The position numbers and the translations under genes were made by a program. From the sequence record MT811961.1: a DNA stretch of 64,000 nt; one strand, written 5' to 3'. The notes under the pieces are model-generated. The model was not told the origin of the DNA. It saw only the letters and a program-made list of their open reading frames with translations, and did no database searches. Shown here one piece after another: positions 52,207 through 63,632 of this stretch (the first letter of the stretch is position 1; every line of letters begins with the position of its first letter).

Positions 52207-53010
52207 ATGCAAAACATCAATACAGCGAAACACCTATTTAAAACAACAGGTACTCAACCTTTCACAGAAACCGTAGAGCACGGCATCAAGTTTGTCGAAG
52301 CACTGCATTACGAGATCTTTGTCCACCCTCGCAAGTTTAAGGCAACCAACGAGCGCACAAAGGGACGCAACTTTTTCCCTACGCTAAATCGTAATCGTCT
52401 GTGGGTTTGCGGACAGATTATCTCTGACTTTAAAATGGATGCTAGCACACCAAACGCTAGCTCTGTAGATCGTGCAATGCATTTTATGCGTCCTCGTTCT
52501 AAGTCATCTCTGGCCAATCTTAACAACTGGCTAAACCACTGGTCTTCTGACTTTGAGTTCTTTGTTAGAGATAAAACAGAAACACATACCGATCGTTATG
52601 AATTCGGTACGGGTATGTTTTTCTATCATCTACCAGCCACCGACAAGTTTAACAAATTCAACTCTTTATGTGAGGACATTGAATGTAATACAACGAGCGT
52701 CTTTCCTATGGAAGATATTGTTGTACATCTACTGCGAGCTGATCTAAAGCTTTATGTAGATGGTACTCATATCGAGTACGGTTGCATTCGTCCACATATG
52801 TTGAAGACCATTGAAGAAAAAGAATGGCGCTTGTCAGTGAAAGAACGTAAAGAATACTACTCGTACTTTACGGGCATTCGTTGGTCTAGTGGCATTCCTT
52901 GTCAGAAGTGGTTTGATTTCTTTAAGAGCTACAACTCCCGCATCGAAATTCGTGACGCCAAAGATAATGTTATCTGGGGCACACCAATGGGAATGCTGCG
53001 AGCTGCTTAG
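52207..53010 (+). CDS. Hypothetical protein
   Basis: 267-aa ORF in a packed run. Confidence 0.75.
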   Translation: MQNINTAKHLFKTTGTQPFTETVEHGIKFVEALHYEIFVHPRKFKATNERTKGRNFFPTLNRNRLWVCGQIISDFKMDASTPNASSVDRAMHFMRPRSKSSLANLNNWLNHWSSDFEFFVRDKTETHTDRYEFGTGMFFYHLPATDKFNKFNSLCEDIECNTTSVFPMEDIVVHLLRADLKLYVDGTHIEYGCIRPHMLKTIEEKEWRLSVKERKEYYSYFTGIRWSSGIPCQKWFDFFKSYNSRIEIRDAKDNVIWGTPMGMLRAA

Positions 53011-53037
53011 TTGGTCTTTATGACCTAAGGACAATCC

Positions 53038-53373
53038 ATGGCTATCGATGTGCATATACCGTTAGGCGTTGTTTCCAATGCCCCAGAGGATCGCTTTAAT
53101 TCTTCGGTTACGATTAAATCCATCGCTGGATCTAAACGAGAAGCCGACGCAAGAAGATTGCGATTCTTTGCTGGTACGCCTTGTAAGAATAATCATTTCA
53201 TTCGTGACTTGATTACAAATACAAAGCAACCATTCAGTATCCGCTATCGTCGTTCTGGTAAATGCGCTATCTGTGAGTTTCACCGCAAGTTGGATCGCGG
53301 TTATCACAAGAAGCGTACGGCAATTGGTACAAAGCCAAGCTATGCCGATTACAAGGATAAACACCATCGATAA
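53038..53373 (+). CDS. Cys/His zinc-finger-like protein, paralog of 10429..10848
   Basis: SKREA...FFAGTPCKNNH...RY.RSGKCAIC. Confidence 0.6.
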   Translation: MAIDVHIPLGVVSNAPEDRFNSSVTIKSIAGSKREADARRLRFFAGTPCKNNHFIRDLITNTKQPFSIRYRRSGKCAICEFHRKLDRGYHKKRTAIGTKPSYADYKDKHHR

Positions 53374-53422
53374 GAACTGGGGGGCTTCGGCTCCCTAGTT
53401 CTCCTATTCCTTCTTTTTCTTT
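53373..53422 (+). terminator. Rho-independent terminator
   Basis: AGAACTGGGGGGC-TTCG-GCTCCCTAGTTCT then pyrimidine/T-rich sequence. Confidence 0.8.
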
Positions 53423-53467
53423 TTGACAGTTGTTCGCAATTCTATGTTTTTAACCGGAGGATAGTTA

Positions 53468-54226
53468 ATGATCTATTTAAATCATCACCTTGCGCGGGTT
53501 TTATGGCCTGATAGCATTTGGCCCTTAATTGATGCATCTGGACTTATCGGTCTAGCGTGGGACGAACTTGCTTTGATCAAAGGTTCGTGGATGGAAACGG
53601 CCGGCCTATCACTAGAGCACCACAAGCTCAATGTGGACGAGGATGGCAACCTAAGAGGTTTTGGCAGTAGTATTGGCATGACGTACAACAACGATCATGT
53701 ACAGCTAGTACAGCATCGTGCAGGCACTACAGTACGTGCTGAGTTCGACGGTGGTTCTTATGAGCTACGTAAACTCGGTCGTGGTCCACGCTGTTGTGTT
53801 AAACCTGGTTTAGTTCGCACTATCCATAGGGACAATGAAGAATGGACACAGATCATCGAAGGCCCAAATGGCAATGATCAAATTCTGAAGTTCGATAAGC
53901 TTAACCGCATTATTTCTCACCGACAAGGAAGAAGCAATGAAAAGCGATACGAGTACATCTTTGGCAGAGGGCCAGCAAGACTCCTCTTCAACGACACCGT
54001 CCAAACCTACGAATACGACACTGGGTCATCGGGTTTGCCAAAAGCTATTGTCGGTAAAGGACGAACTGATTTCGTCATTTCGAGAAATGTCGATGGAGCA
54101 GTACATAGTCTTAGCAGTGGCAATACTGTCTTGCTCGATTTTAGTCAATTTATTCTGGAGATAGATGAGAAGTCTTCTATCGCCGCTAAATCACTCAAAG
54201 CCCGTTTAACAGGAGAAAAGCGATGA
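53468..54226 (+). CDS. Hypothetical protein with YD/RHS-like repeats
   Basis: QILKFDKLNRIISHRQG, KRYEYIFG, QTYEYDTGSSGLP; GGAGG SD. Confidence 0.65.
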   Translation: MIYLNHHLARVLWPDSIWPLIDASGLIGLAWDELALIKGSWMETAGLSLEHHKLNVDEDGNLRGFGSSIGMTYNNDHVQLVQHRAGTTVRAEFDGGSYELRKLGRGPRCCVKPGLVRTIHRDNEEWTQIIEGPNGNDQILKFDKLNRIISHRQGRSNEKRYEYIFGRGPARLLFNDTVQTYEYDTGSSGLPKAIVGKGRTDFVISRNVDGAVHSLSSGNTVLLDFSQFILEIDEKSSIAAKSLKARLTGEKR

Positions 54227-54864
54227 GTTCTAATCCGTTGATTGTCGGAATCATTATTCTGATGTTTATTTGTTTTGTACTGGGTGCTCGTCTATGGGTA
54301 GTCACCGAACAAAAAGTACGTTTTCGTGATCTGTATCATGACATGCGTGATAAAAAGAATCTGTATCGCCGCTGTATCGAAAACGTAATCTGCCTCTTGG
54401 AAAAAGAAGCGGTTATTCCGGTTATCCAAAACCGCATTAGTTTTCTATTGGCCAACAGTATCGACTGTCATAATGATACGTTAAAGTTCTTGGCTGAAAA
54501 TAATCTTAATGAGTTAAAGACAATTCTGGAACTCATGGATTATGCGCGCACTGAAGATCATCCAAACAAACTTGTCTTCTATATTACCAAAGAGCATGAG
54601 TACTGCTTATGGAATCCGATCACAAAAGAGTATGCTGCCACACATGGCGATACAGTGATCTTCCATCACTACATACTTGGCAAAGAAGACTGGGGTCGAG
54701 TTATATTGCTAACTCCATGTATTCGAAATGGTCAATTGACCTTTAAGAAAGGCAGCAGTTACGTGGAGCCAAGAAAGATTTCATTAAGAATAGGTCGAGG
54801 ACATTCTATAGCAGAAGTGCTGGCCCAAGAAATCTCTGTGGGCAAAGCGTTAACAAACGATTAA
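54223..54864 (+). CDS. Membrane-anchored hypothetical protein
   Basis: LIVGIIILMFICFVLGA TM; ATGA coupling. Confidence 0.75.
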   Translation: MSSNPLIVGIIILMFICFVLGARLWVVTEQKVRFRDLYHDMRDKKNLYRRCIENVICLLEKEAVIPVIQNRISFLLANSIDCHNDTLKFLAENNLNELKTILELMDYARTEDHPNKLVFYITKEHEYCLWNPITKEYAATHGDTVIFHHYILGKEDWGRVILLTPCIRNGQLTFKKGSSYVEPRKISLRIGRGHSIAEVLAQEISVGKALTND

Positions 54865-54873
54865 CCAAAGTGA

Positions 54874-56817
<1,944 letters not shown>

Positions 56818-56823
56818 TCAAAC

Positions 56824-56850
56824 AGGGAGCTTCGGCTCCCTATTCTTTTT
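56824..56850 (+). terminator. Rho-independent terminator
   Basis: AGGGAGC-TTCG-GCTCCCT then ATTCTTTTT. Confidence 0.85.
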
Positions 56851-56877
56851 ATCTTTTGTTTAAAATAGGAATTTATT

Positions 56878-57378
56878 ATGAAACTTGGTTCACGTTCTTA
56901 CACAGATCAATTGAAAGTTTTCTTCGACTACCAAGAGGTAGCCAAAATTCTAGTCGAGTCTGGTTCTGCCGAAACGCTTACTCAGATTGGCAAAGACTGG
57001 CCATCTTACGTTGTTCTATTTCACCCTGAAACCGATCTGCCACTAAGCATCGTTAATGGTGAATATCTTGCAGTGGGCTGTTTGTCTGCTCGTCCTATGG
57101 ATGACAAAGAATGGGAAACCTTTACCGAAGAAGAAGTTATGGAGCATGCGAAAAAGAATCGCTCTATCCGTACACATCTACAAGTATGCAAATCATGCTA
57201 CGATAAAGACGGTACGATTAAACGCCAGTCAGACTTTGACGGTGAAGTAATCCTGCGCTGTCCTAAGTGCCGTGGTGAAAAGACAATCTCTATTCCACGC
57301 CCATTCAAAGACGTCTTGGCAGAAGTAAAAGCTCATGCTGCGCTTATGCGTCGTGTTGACCTTAAACAAGTATCTTAA
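56878..57378 (+). CDS. Zinc-binding hypothetical protein
   Basis: CKSC...CPKC pairs. Confidence 0.7.
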   Translation: MKLGSRSYTDQLKVFFDYQEVAKILVESGSAETLTQIGKDWPSYVVLFHPETDLPLSIVNGEYLAVGCLSARPMDDKEWETFTEEEVMEHAKKNRSIRTHLQVCKSCYDKDGTIKRQSDFDGEVILRCPKCRGEKTISIPRPFKDVLAEVKAHAALMRRVDLKQVS

Positions 57379-57405
57379 TTTAAATTTTCATTTGGAGTAA
57401 CTCTC

Positions 57406-58209
57406 ATGCAATACAGCCACCAAACAACTCACCTAGATGTTATCGCACATGTAACTGGCACACGTTACTTAAAGAACGTGAAATCACTGTCTTACTATGT
57501 CAATGTATTTCAAAGCCACATGGTCGCTACCATCACAATGCACGACGGTACAGTCTATAGTGACATCGATCTTGTACCACAAGACGCAATTGATCTAGAA
57601 CGCACAGAAGAGTTCGTGTTTGAAGAGCAACTGGGTTCTACTCCTGTGTGGAAGATCCCTAGTATGTCAATCGACATGGATGGTGACTTTGTCACTATTT
57701 ATATCCCGAGACTGCTATCTTCATATATCGACTGGAAAGAAACTGATCTTTTGAAGTCAGCGACTTACTGGTTTGAAGTCCAAGGTACGTATCTTGTAAC
57801 GCACCCTATCGGTTTACAACAGCTCAGTGTACATCTGGGACAAGAGCTTAAACTTGAAGGCTCTATGGGTTACCCATGTCTTGTTGTACGTGCGGCTGAG
57901 TTCATTGCTATTCGTCCGATTGGAAAACGTCTGATTTGTAAAGACAGTTTACCAATCAACGAACTAGACTTGGAACTATTGACATACGATCAATGGGTGG
58001 AAGCTTGTCGACTAGCAGGTATTACTGATCCAGAGTATGTACTTGAATGTCCTGTATGTGCCAAGGCGAATGAACGTCCACGTACCCTATATCCAAAAGG
58101 TACAAAGCAATGTAAACACGATGGTAACATGCGTTTCGAAAAACATGTTCCGGTTGATCATACGTTGGTGCGCCATATACTGCGTAAGATCAGCAACGTG
58201 TTCTACTGA
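57406..58209 (+). CDS. Hypothetical protein
   Basis: 267-aa ORF; GGAG SD; C-terminal CPVC. Confidence 0.75.
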   Translation: MQYSHQTTHLDVIAHVTGTRYLKNVKSLSYYVNVFQSHMVATITMHDGTVYSDIDLVPQDAIDLERTEEFVFEEQLGSTPVWKIPSMSIDMDGDFVTIYIPRLLSSYIDWKETDLLKSATYWFEVQGTYLVTHPIGLQQLSVHLGQELKLEGSMGYPCLVVRAAEFIAIRPIGKRLICKDSLPINELDLELLTYDQWVEACRLAGITDPEYVLECPVCAKANERPRTLYPKGTKQCKHDGNMRFEKHVPVDHTLVRHILRKISNVFY

Positions 58210-58222
58210 ACGCCTCTAGATT

Positions 58223-58265
58223 AACATCTGTCCTACATTGTATAGTTGGACAGGTGTTTTTCTTT
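58223..58265 (+). terminator. Probable terminator
   Basis: AACATCTGTCC...GGACAGGTGTT stem then TTTCTTT. Confidence 0.7.
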
Positions 58266-58296
58266 AACGCCCTGTCAGAAGATTACAGGAGCATTT

Positions 58297-58800
58297 ATGA
58301 CTACTGCTGTTCATCGTTTCGATGGAAGTGTTTATGGCTTTCGAGCAAGGTATGGTTTTCTAAGCAACTTTTCTGTTTTAGAAAACCCCATCGTTAAAAC
58401 TGACCCGGAAGGAAATGCGATTAAGTATCCTACCGTGGAACATTTTTACATGGCCATGAAAACGAACGATTGGAATGAACGTAAGATTATTGCTGCGCAG
58501 ATTACTGCATCAGCGGCGAAGGCATATACCGAAGCAAACGTGGCTGTGCGTGATGACTGGGATGAAATAAAGATCTCGGTTATGTGGCATGGACTACGTT
58601 TAAAATTTTCAGATTTAAATCCTACCTTAAAACAAAAGCTCTTGGATACTGGGGACCGTTTACTCATAGAAGCCAACCGATGGAACGATCGGTACTTTGG
58701 AGTAGATTGGGAAACCGGAGAAGGAGAAAACGTTCTAGGTCGTTTATTGATGAAGCGAAGAAATCAACTAAGAGAGATTGAAAATGGCAAAGATTCGTGA
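58297..58800 (+). CDS. NADAR (YbiA/DUF1768) family hydrolase
   Basis: FLSNF, YPTVEHFYMAMK, WDEIKISVM..GLRLKF, LLDTGDRLLIEAN.WNDRYFG, GENVLGRLLM; start moved to ATG 58297 (AGGAG SD). Confidence 0.9.
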   Translation: MTTAVHRFDGSVYGFRARYGFLSNFSVLENPIVKTDPEGNAIKYPTVEHFYMAMKTNDWNERKIIAAQITASAAKAYTEANVAVRDDWDEIKISVMWHGLRLKFSDLNPTLKQKLLDTGDRLLIEANRWNDRYFGVDWETGEGENVLGRLLMKRRNQLREIENGKDS

Positions 58801-59311
58801 CGAGAAATTAGTTTCTGAACTAACTGAGTTTGTAATGCACAAGATTGCATTGCGTGCAAGTCTGCGTGTTTTGTTTACCCCAAACAAAGTTGGCTTTGTA
58901 CAAGTGGAACTCGGTGAGCGAGGACGTTTCCTAGTGAACCCTCACTATGGCTGTTTCCAGTACGAGAAAGCATTCACGTTGGCAATGGACCAATACGATG
59001 CTTCTGTTGTCAAACTAGACGACAAACTAGCAGTCATCATTCCGGAAGGCTATGGGAAAGAACGCCGCATCCATCGCAAAGACGATTACATGGTTCAGCC
59101 ACAAGGCGACTCCCCATTGATTGACGTACTAACTGGCGAACAATGGTATGTTCAAACCATGCCTAAGTCCGTACATGTCATTGATGAAGATACAATGGAC
59201 GTGCGTGTCGAAACTCAAGAAGCTATCTACATCAATCGTGAAGGCGGCATTCAGGTAAACATTGTTAACTTCCCGAAAGCAATGGGTCGTTTAACTACAC
59301 GTTTCTTCTAA
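58784..59311 (+). CDS. Hypothetical protein
   Basis: About 175-aa ORF overlapping the NADAR stop. Confidence 0.7.
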   Translation: MAKIRDEKLVSELTEFVMHKIALRASLRVLFTPNKVGFVQVELGERGRFLVNPHYGCFQYEKAFTLAMDQYDASVVKLDDKLAVIIPEGYGKERRIHRKDDYMVQPQGDSPLIDVLTGEQWYVQTMPKSVHVIDEDTMDVRVETQEAIYINREGGIQVNIVNFPKAMGRLTTRFF

Positions 59312-59322
59312 GGAGCAAGAAG

Positions 59323-59529
59323 ATGGATATCATTATTGTCATCCTCATCACATTGCTTTATATGTTCATGTCTTTTGCGGAAGGCATTGCCACTGCCGCA
59401 TTCAAGGATTGGAAGCGCACAAAAGTCAGAATGGATTTGCTGGCTTACATTTTTGCCACTGGCGTTTCTGGTTTCTGTGTTATAGTTATCTGCTATCTTG
59501 CCGCACCATACTTTATACAGCTCCACTAA
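59323..59529 (+). CDS. Small two-helix membrane protein
   Basis: Two hydrophobic segments; TAAGGAG SD. Confidence 0.7.
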   Translation: MDIIIVILITLLYMFMSFAEGIATAAFKDWKRTKVRMDLLAYIFATGVSGFCVIVICYLAAPYFIQLH

Positions 59530-59535
59530 TACAAA

Positions 59536-59582
59536 CACGGCGACCTTCGGGTCGTCGTGCTGTATATCCTTTTTTATTTTTT
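59536..59582 (+). terminator. Rho-independent terminator
   Basis: CACGGCGACC-TTCG-GGTCGTCGTG then T-rich sequence. Confidence 0.8.
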
Positions 59583-59623
59583 GTTCGATTAATATGTGTA
59601 CACAAACAAATGGAGTAAACACC

Positions 59624-60316
59624 ATGTCTATTGAAGATGGTCTACTTATCTCGGTCGATGGTTTAGGCGGCTCGGGTAAAACCACACAAATCGAAAAACT
59701 AAAGGCTTACTTGGAGTCAATCGGTCACGCAGTTCGAGTCCAGAAGTTTCCGGATTACGAGTCACCTACAGGCAAAATCATTAAGTCTTACCTAGATGGC
59801 CAATTGGGCAAACCAGAAGATATCCCTGCTGACTATATCTCTGGGCTGTATGCTTTGGACCGCGCTGCTGCTTTTAAAGAGATCGAACATGATCTTAGTC
59901 ATGGCGACGTCATTATCCTAGATCGCTCATACTTCTCTGGTGCTGCATATCAAGCTGCTCACGAATATACCTATGGTGACGAAGACCCACACCAGTATCT
60001 CGCACGCTGGTTAGATATCGAGTTTAACCATGTCGGTGTTCGACCTCCTCATGTGGCGCTTTATCTTGCGGTTACAGCAGAACGTGCTCTTGGATTGATT
60101 GATGCTCGTGGCGAAGTAACTGGCGAAGGCCGAGACATCCATGAGGGCGACCATGAGTTTATGGATATCGTGATTGATAATTTCGATCACATGACTGAAC
60201 TTTACGACCTGACTAAAATTAATGTTATGGACAATAATGAAATGCGCAGTGCCGATGATATCCATGCAGATATTAAATCCGCACTCGCAGAAGAACTAGT
60301 ACGGGTGGAAAGATAA
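59624..60316 (+). CDS. tmk: Thymidylate (dTMP) kinase
   Basis: ISVDGLGGSGKTT P-loop, KFPDY, LYALDR, ILDRSYFSG.AYQ, RDIHE; start moved to ATG 59624 (GGAG SD). Confidence 0.92.
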   Translation: MSIEDGLLISVDGLGGSGKTTQIEKLKAYLESIGHAVRVQKFPDYESPTGKIIKSYLDGQLGKPEDIPADYISGLYALDRAAAFKEIEHDLSHGDVIILDRSYFSGAAYQAAHEYTYGDEDPHQYLARWLDIEFNHVGVRPPHVALYLAVTAERALGLIDARGEVTGEGRDIHEGDHEFMDIVIDNFDHMTELYDLTKINVMDNNEMRSADDIHADIKSALAEELVRVER

Positions 60317-60756
60317 TGAACGCAGCGGATATCCTTAATGAGTGGAAATGCGCAGAGATACAATTACGCCAATTGGCAGAACAACACTTTGAAAGCGGCT
60401 ACTCAAGACGTAAGCTCATGTCTTATTTCTATGCTCGCTGGATGTGTGGTAGCCGAATTCCAGTTTATCTAAAGCACGGTCTTAGTCGCAAACGCATGGA
60501 TGCGGTTCATCGGTTCCTTAGAGACACAGAGAACAACGATGAGTACTTTATCCATGCACTTAATCTAGTACTAAGAAAACACGGCTACAAGCGCTTACGC
60601 AGCGATATAGACATTGGCATGTTAGGTGCGGCCATGGCGGAACCAGTTATCTCTGGTCTTGCTTTTACGAACCATACCGGCGAGTTAACTGAAAAGCAGC
60701 TAGAGAAGCTAGAAATGATCGTGGACAAATACTCTGCTCCATTAACGAGAAAATAA
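60316..60756 (+). CDS. Hypothetical protein
   Basis: 146-aa ORF with TAATG coupling. Confidence 0.75.
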   Translation: MNAADILNEWKCAEIQLRQLAEQHFESGYSRRKLMSYFYARWMCGSRIPVYLKHGLSRKRMDAVHRFLRDTENNDEYFIHALNLVLRKHGYKRLRSDIDIGMLGAAMAEPVISGLAFTNHTGELTEKQLEKLEMIVDKYSAPLTRK

Positions 60757-60760
60757 GAAA

Positions 60761-60800
60761 TAGCCACCTCCTTGCGGGGGTGGTTAATCTATTATTTTTC
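60761..60800 (+). terminator. Rho-independent terminator
   Basis: TAGCCACCTCC-TTGC-GGGGGTGGTTA then T-rich sequence. Confidence 0.75.
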
Positions 60801-60874
60801 TCTCTGTAATTAAAAACAACCCTCTGTAATAACATGAACAAAAACCAACCATCAACCTTAAAAGGAAAATAAAA

Positions 60875-63163
60875 ATGCTTAACATTAACGTTACAAAACG
60901 ACTAGGTGTACAAGAGAAGTTCACCGAAGATAAAGTAAGTCGTGTTGTTGACTGGGCAGCAGAAGGTCTTTCAGGCGTATCTGCAAGTGCGGTTATCATG
61001 AAGGCGTCTATTGACCTTTATGACGGCATTCCCACTGCTGAGATTCATGAAGCACTAATCATGGCAGCAGTTAGTCTTATTAGCAAAGATGCACCAGATT
61101 ACCAAATCTTAGCTGGTCGTCTAAAACTATTCGAAATGCGCAAAGAAGCATTTGGTGGTTTCGAAACTCCGACTATTCGTTCTCAAGTAGAACGCATGGT
61201 AACACTAGGTCGCTATGACCATACTCTTCTAGAACAATACACTCCAGAACAACTGGATGAGCTAGAAACAATTATCGACCACAGTCGTGACCTTAACCTA
61301 GGTTGGGCTGGTATGGCACAGTTACGTGACAAGTACGTCGTACAAGACCGTAACACAGGTGAGATCTTTGAATCTCCACAGTTTATCTATCTGTTAGTAG
61401 GCGCTACGCTCTTCAGTGCATATCCGCACGACGAGCGCATGAAATACATCCGTAAATTCTACGACGTGACGTCAATGGGTAAGGTATCACTACCTACTCC
61501 AATCATGGCAGGTGTGCGTACTTCACTGCGTCAGTTCTCTTCTTGTGTTGTTATTGAATCGGATGACTCTATCCTGGGTATTGGTGCAGCAGCTACGGCC
61601 ATCATGGTTTACGTAGCACAACGCGCTGGCATCGGTCTAAACTTTGGTGCTATCCGTCCTAAAGGTTCTCCTATCCGTGACGGAAGTGTAACTCACACAG
61701 GCGTAGTTCAATACCTTAAAATGTTTGAAGCTGCGACGAACTCTTGTGCACAAGGGGGCATCAGACCAGGCAGTGCCACGGCTTACTACCCATTCTTCCA
61801 CCGAGACGCTCGTGACTTCCTTGTACTGAAGAATAACCGTGGTACTGATGAAACACGTGCCCGTCACCTAGACTACTCTCTTCAGGGCTCTCGTTTCCTA
61901 CTAGAGCGTATCCGTGGTGAAATCACTCTGTTCGATACGACACAGATTCCTGAAGTAGTTAAGGCGTTCTTCTCCGATGACTACGAAGAATTCAAGCGCT
62001 TATACGAAGCAGCTGAGAACAACCCATTGTTGAAAGACACATCGGTTCGTGTTAACACATTAGAGTTCATGACAGAGTTCTTAAATGAACGTAGCCAAAC
62101 AGGTCGTTACTACTGGTTCGATGCCAACCATGTAAACAGTCATGGTCCATTTGACCCTGAGTTTGCTCCTGTACGTCAATCCAACCTATGTTTAGAAATT
62201 GCATTGCCTACCAAGCCTCTTAAACATAGCGTTCATGACGAAGACGCAGAGATCGCTCTATGTACATTGTCTGCCTTCAACTGGCTAGAGCTTACCACAG
62301 AAGAAGACTTCAAAGAGTGTGCTGATATTGTTGTTCGTGCGCTTGATGAACTTCTGTCTTACCAAGACTACCCATTGGCAGCAGCCGAGAACTCAGTTAA
62401 CCTATACCGCCCACTTGGTGTTGGTATCATTAACTATGCTGCTGACATGGCGAAGAACGGTTGGAAGTACGGCGAACAAGAAGCACTAGACTACACTCAC
62501 CGCAAGATGGAAATGATGCAGTACTACTTGATGCGTGCATCTGTTCAAATGGCGAAAGAGTTTGGTCGCTGTGAAGGCTTCAATAACTTGCGTTATGCTA
62601 CTAAAGGCCAAATGGTTATCGATACTTACTGTAAGAACGTTGACCAGTTAACTAGTGAACCACTACACATGGACTGGGAAGGTCTACGTGCAGACATCGC
62701 TAAGCATGGTATTCGCAATGCGACTTTAACGGCACTGATGCCTTCTGAAACTAGTTCTCAGGTATGTGGTGCAACTAACGGCATTGAACCACCTCGTCGT
62801 GAAGTAACCACTAAGACTTCTAAGTCTGGTCCCCTTAAGCTTGTAGTGCCACTGGATGGTATCAACATCGATGACTATACATATGCTTGGGAAATGCCAA
62901 ACAACGATGGCTATCTGTACACAGTAGCAGTACTTCAGAAGTTTGTCGACCAAACTATCTCGGCTAACACATACTACGTGCCGTCTCATTACCCGAATGG
63001 CAAGGTTCCGGTGAAAGTACTACTTAAAGATCTAGCTACTGCTATTAAACTGGGCATCAAATGCCTTTACTATCACAACACGCAACCACAAGGCGAAGAT
63101 CGTCTAACCATTACGGTTGAAAAAGAAGATGAATCGTGCGCTGGTGGTGGCTGCAAGATCTAA
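60875..63163 (+). CDS. nrdA: Ribonucleoside-diphosphate reductase class Ia, alpha subunit
   Basis: N-terminal ATP-cone, SLPTPIM, QFSSCV, QSNLCLEI, LCTLSA, ALMPSETSS, and C-terminal CAGGGCKI. Confidence 0.97.
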   Translation: MLNINVTKRLGVQEKFTEDKVSRVVDWAAEGLSGVSASAVIMKASIDLYDGIPTAEIHEALIMAAVSLISKDAPDYQILAGRLKLFEMRKEAFGGFETPTIRSQVERMVTLGRYDHTLLEQYTPEQLDELETIIDHSRDLNLGWAGMAQLRDKYVVQDRNTGEIFESPQFIYLLVGATLFSAYPHDERMKYIRKFYDVTSMGKVSLPTPIMAGVRTSLRQFSSCVVIESDDSILGIGAAATAIMVYVAQRAGIGLNFGAIRPKGSPIRDGSVTHTGVVQYLKMFEAATNSCAQGGIRPGSATAYYPFFHRDARDFLVLKNNRGTDETRARHLDYSLQGSRFLLERIRGEITLFDTTQIPEVVKAFFSDDYEEFKRLYEAAENNPLLKDTSVRVNTLEFMTEFLNERSQTGRYYWFDANHVNSHGPFDPEFAPVRQSNLCLEIALPTKPLKHSVHDEDAEIALCTLSAFNWLELTTEEDFKECADIVVRALDELLSYQDYPLAAAENSVNLYRPLGVGIINYAADMAKNGWKYGEQEALDYTHRKMEMMQYYLMRASVQMAKEFGRCEGFNNLRYATKGQMVIDTYCKNVDQLTSEPLHMDWEGLRADIAKHGIRNATLTALMPSETSSQVCGATNGIEPPRREVTTKTSKSGPLKLVVPLDGINIDDYTYAWEMPNNDGYLYTVAVLQKFVDQTISANTYYVPSHYPNGKVPVKVLLKDLATAIKLGIKCLYYHNTQPQGEDRLTITVEKEDESCAGGGCKI

Positions 63164-63182
63164 CAAACTAACTTAGCCTTAT

Positions 63183-63230
63183 GCCCCCGAGCTGAGATGG
63201 TTGGTAACATTCAACTTGGGGGCCTCTTTA
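63183..63230 (+). terminator. Long irregular hairpin after nrdA (terminator or processing site)
   Basis: GCCCCCGAG...CTTGGGGGC outer stem with inner pairing, then CTCTTT. Confidence 0.55.
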
Positions 63231-63245
63231 TATCGAGAGGTAACA

Positions 63246-63632
63246 ATGGACTTTTCAGTAGACGCATGCACAGCACGTCACATCGAACATATCGAAATAG
63301 ATGGTGAACCGTGCATCAAGTCAAACGGCACAATCATTACTCTGCCTGCACTAATCGAACTGGCGCACTACGAGTCACGCAACGATGCTTTAGATACGGT
63401 ACGAGACATTGAAGGTTTGTTCTTGGCTGCGAATAATGCAATCTTGAAAGACCGTAATCATGCTGGTTTTGTTAGCCTGGATGACAAGCGACGTGGTGAC
63501 TATACACTGAAGCTCACTGAGCAAGAAGGTGACGAACATCGTTACTACGAATGGTCTTGTCCATTCTACTGTCACATCATATTGACCACAGCTCGTGGTT
63601 TTGTTCTAGAAGTTAAAGGAGTAGGTCACTAA
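63246..63632 (+). CDS. Hypothetical protein
   Basis: Start moved to ATG 63246 (GAGG SD). Confidence 0.7.
   Translation: MDFSVDACTARHIEHIEIDGEPCIKSNGTIITLPALIELAHYESRNDALDTVRDIEGLFLAANNAILKDRNHAGFVSLDDKRRGDYTLKLTEQEGDEHRYYEWSCPFYCHIILTTARGFVLEVKGVGH

Noticed and set aside
54579-54594. Ninth early-promoter match CTATATTACCAAAGAG
   Set aside because: It lies inside a CDS (encoding FYITKE) and lacks the downstream TG shared by all eight intergenic copies. It cannot be fully excluded as a ligase promoter.
63164-63245. Possible tRNA in the gap after nrdA
   Set aside because: It folds as a single long hairpin; no T-loop (GTTCRA) or D-arm pattern and no cloverleaf.
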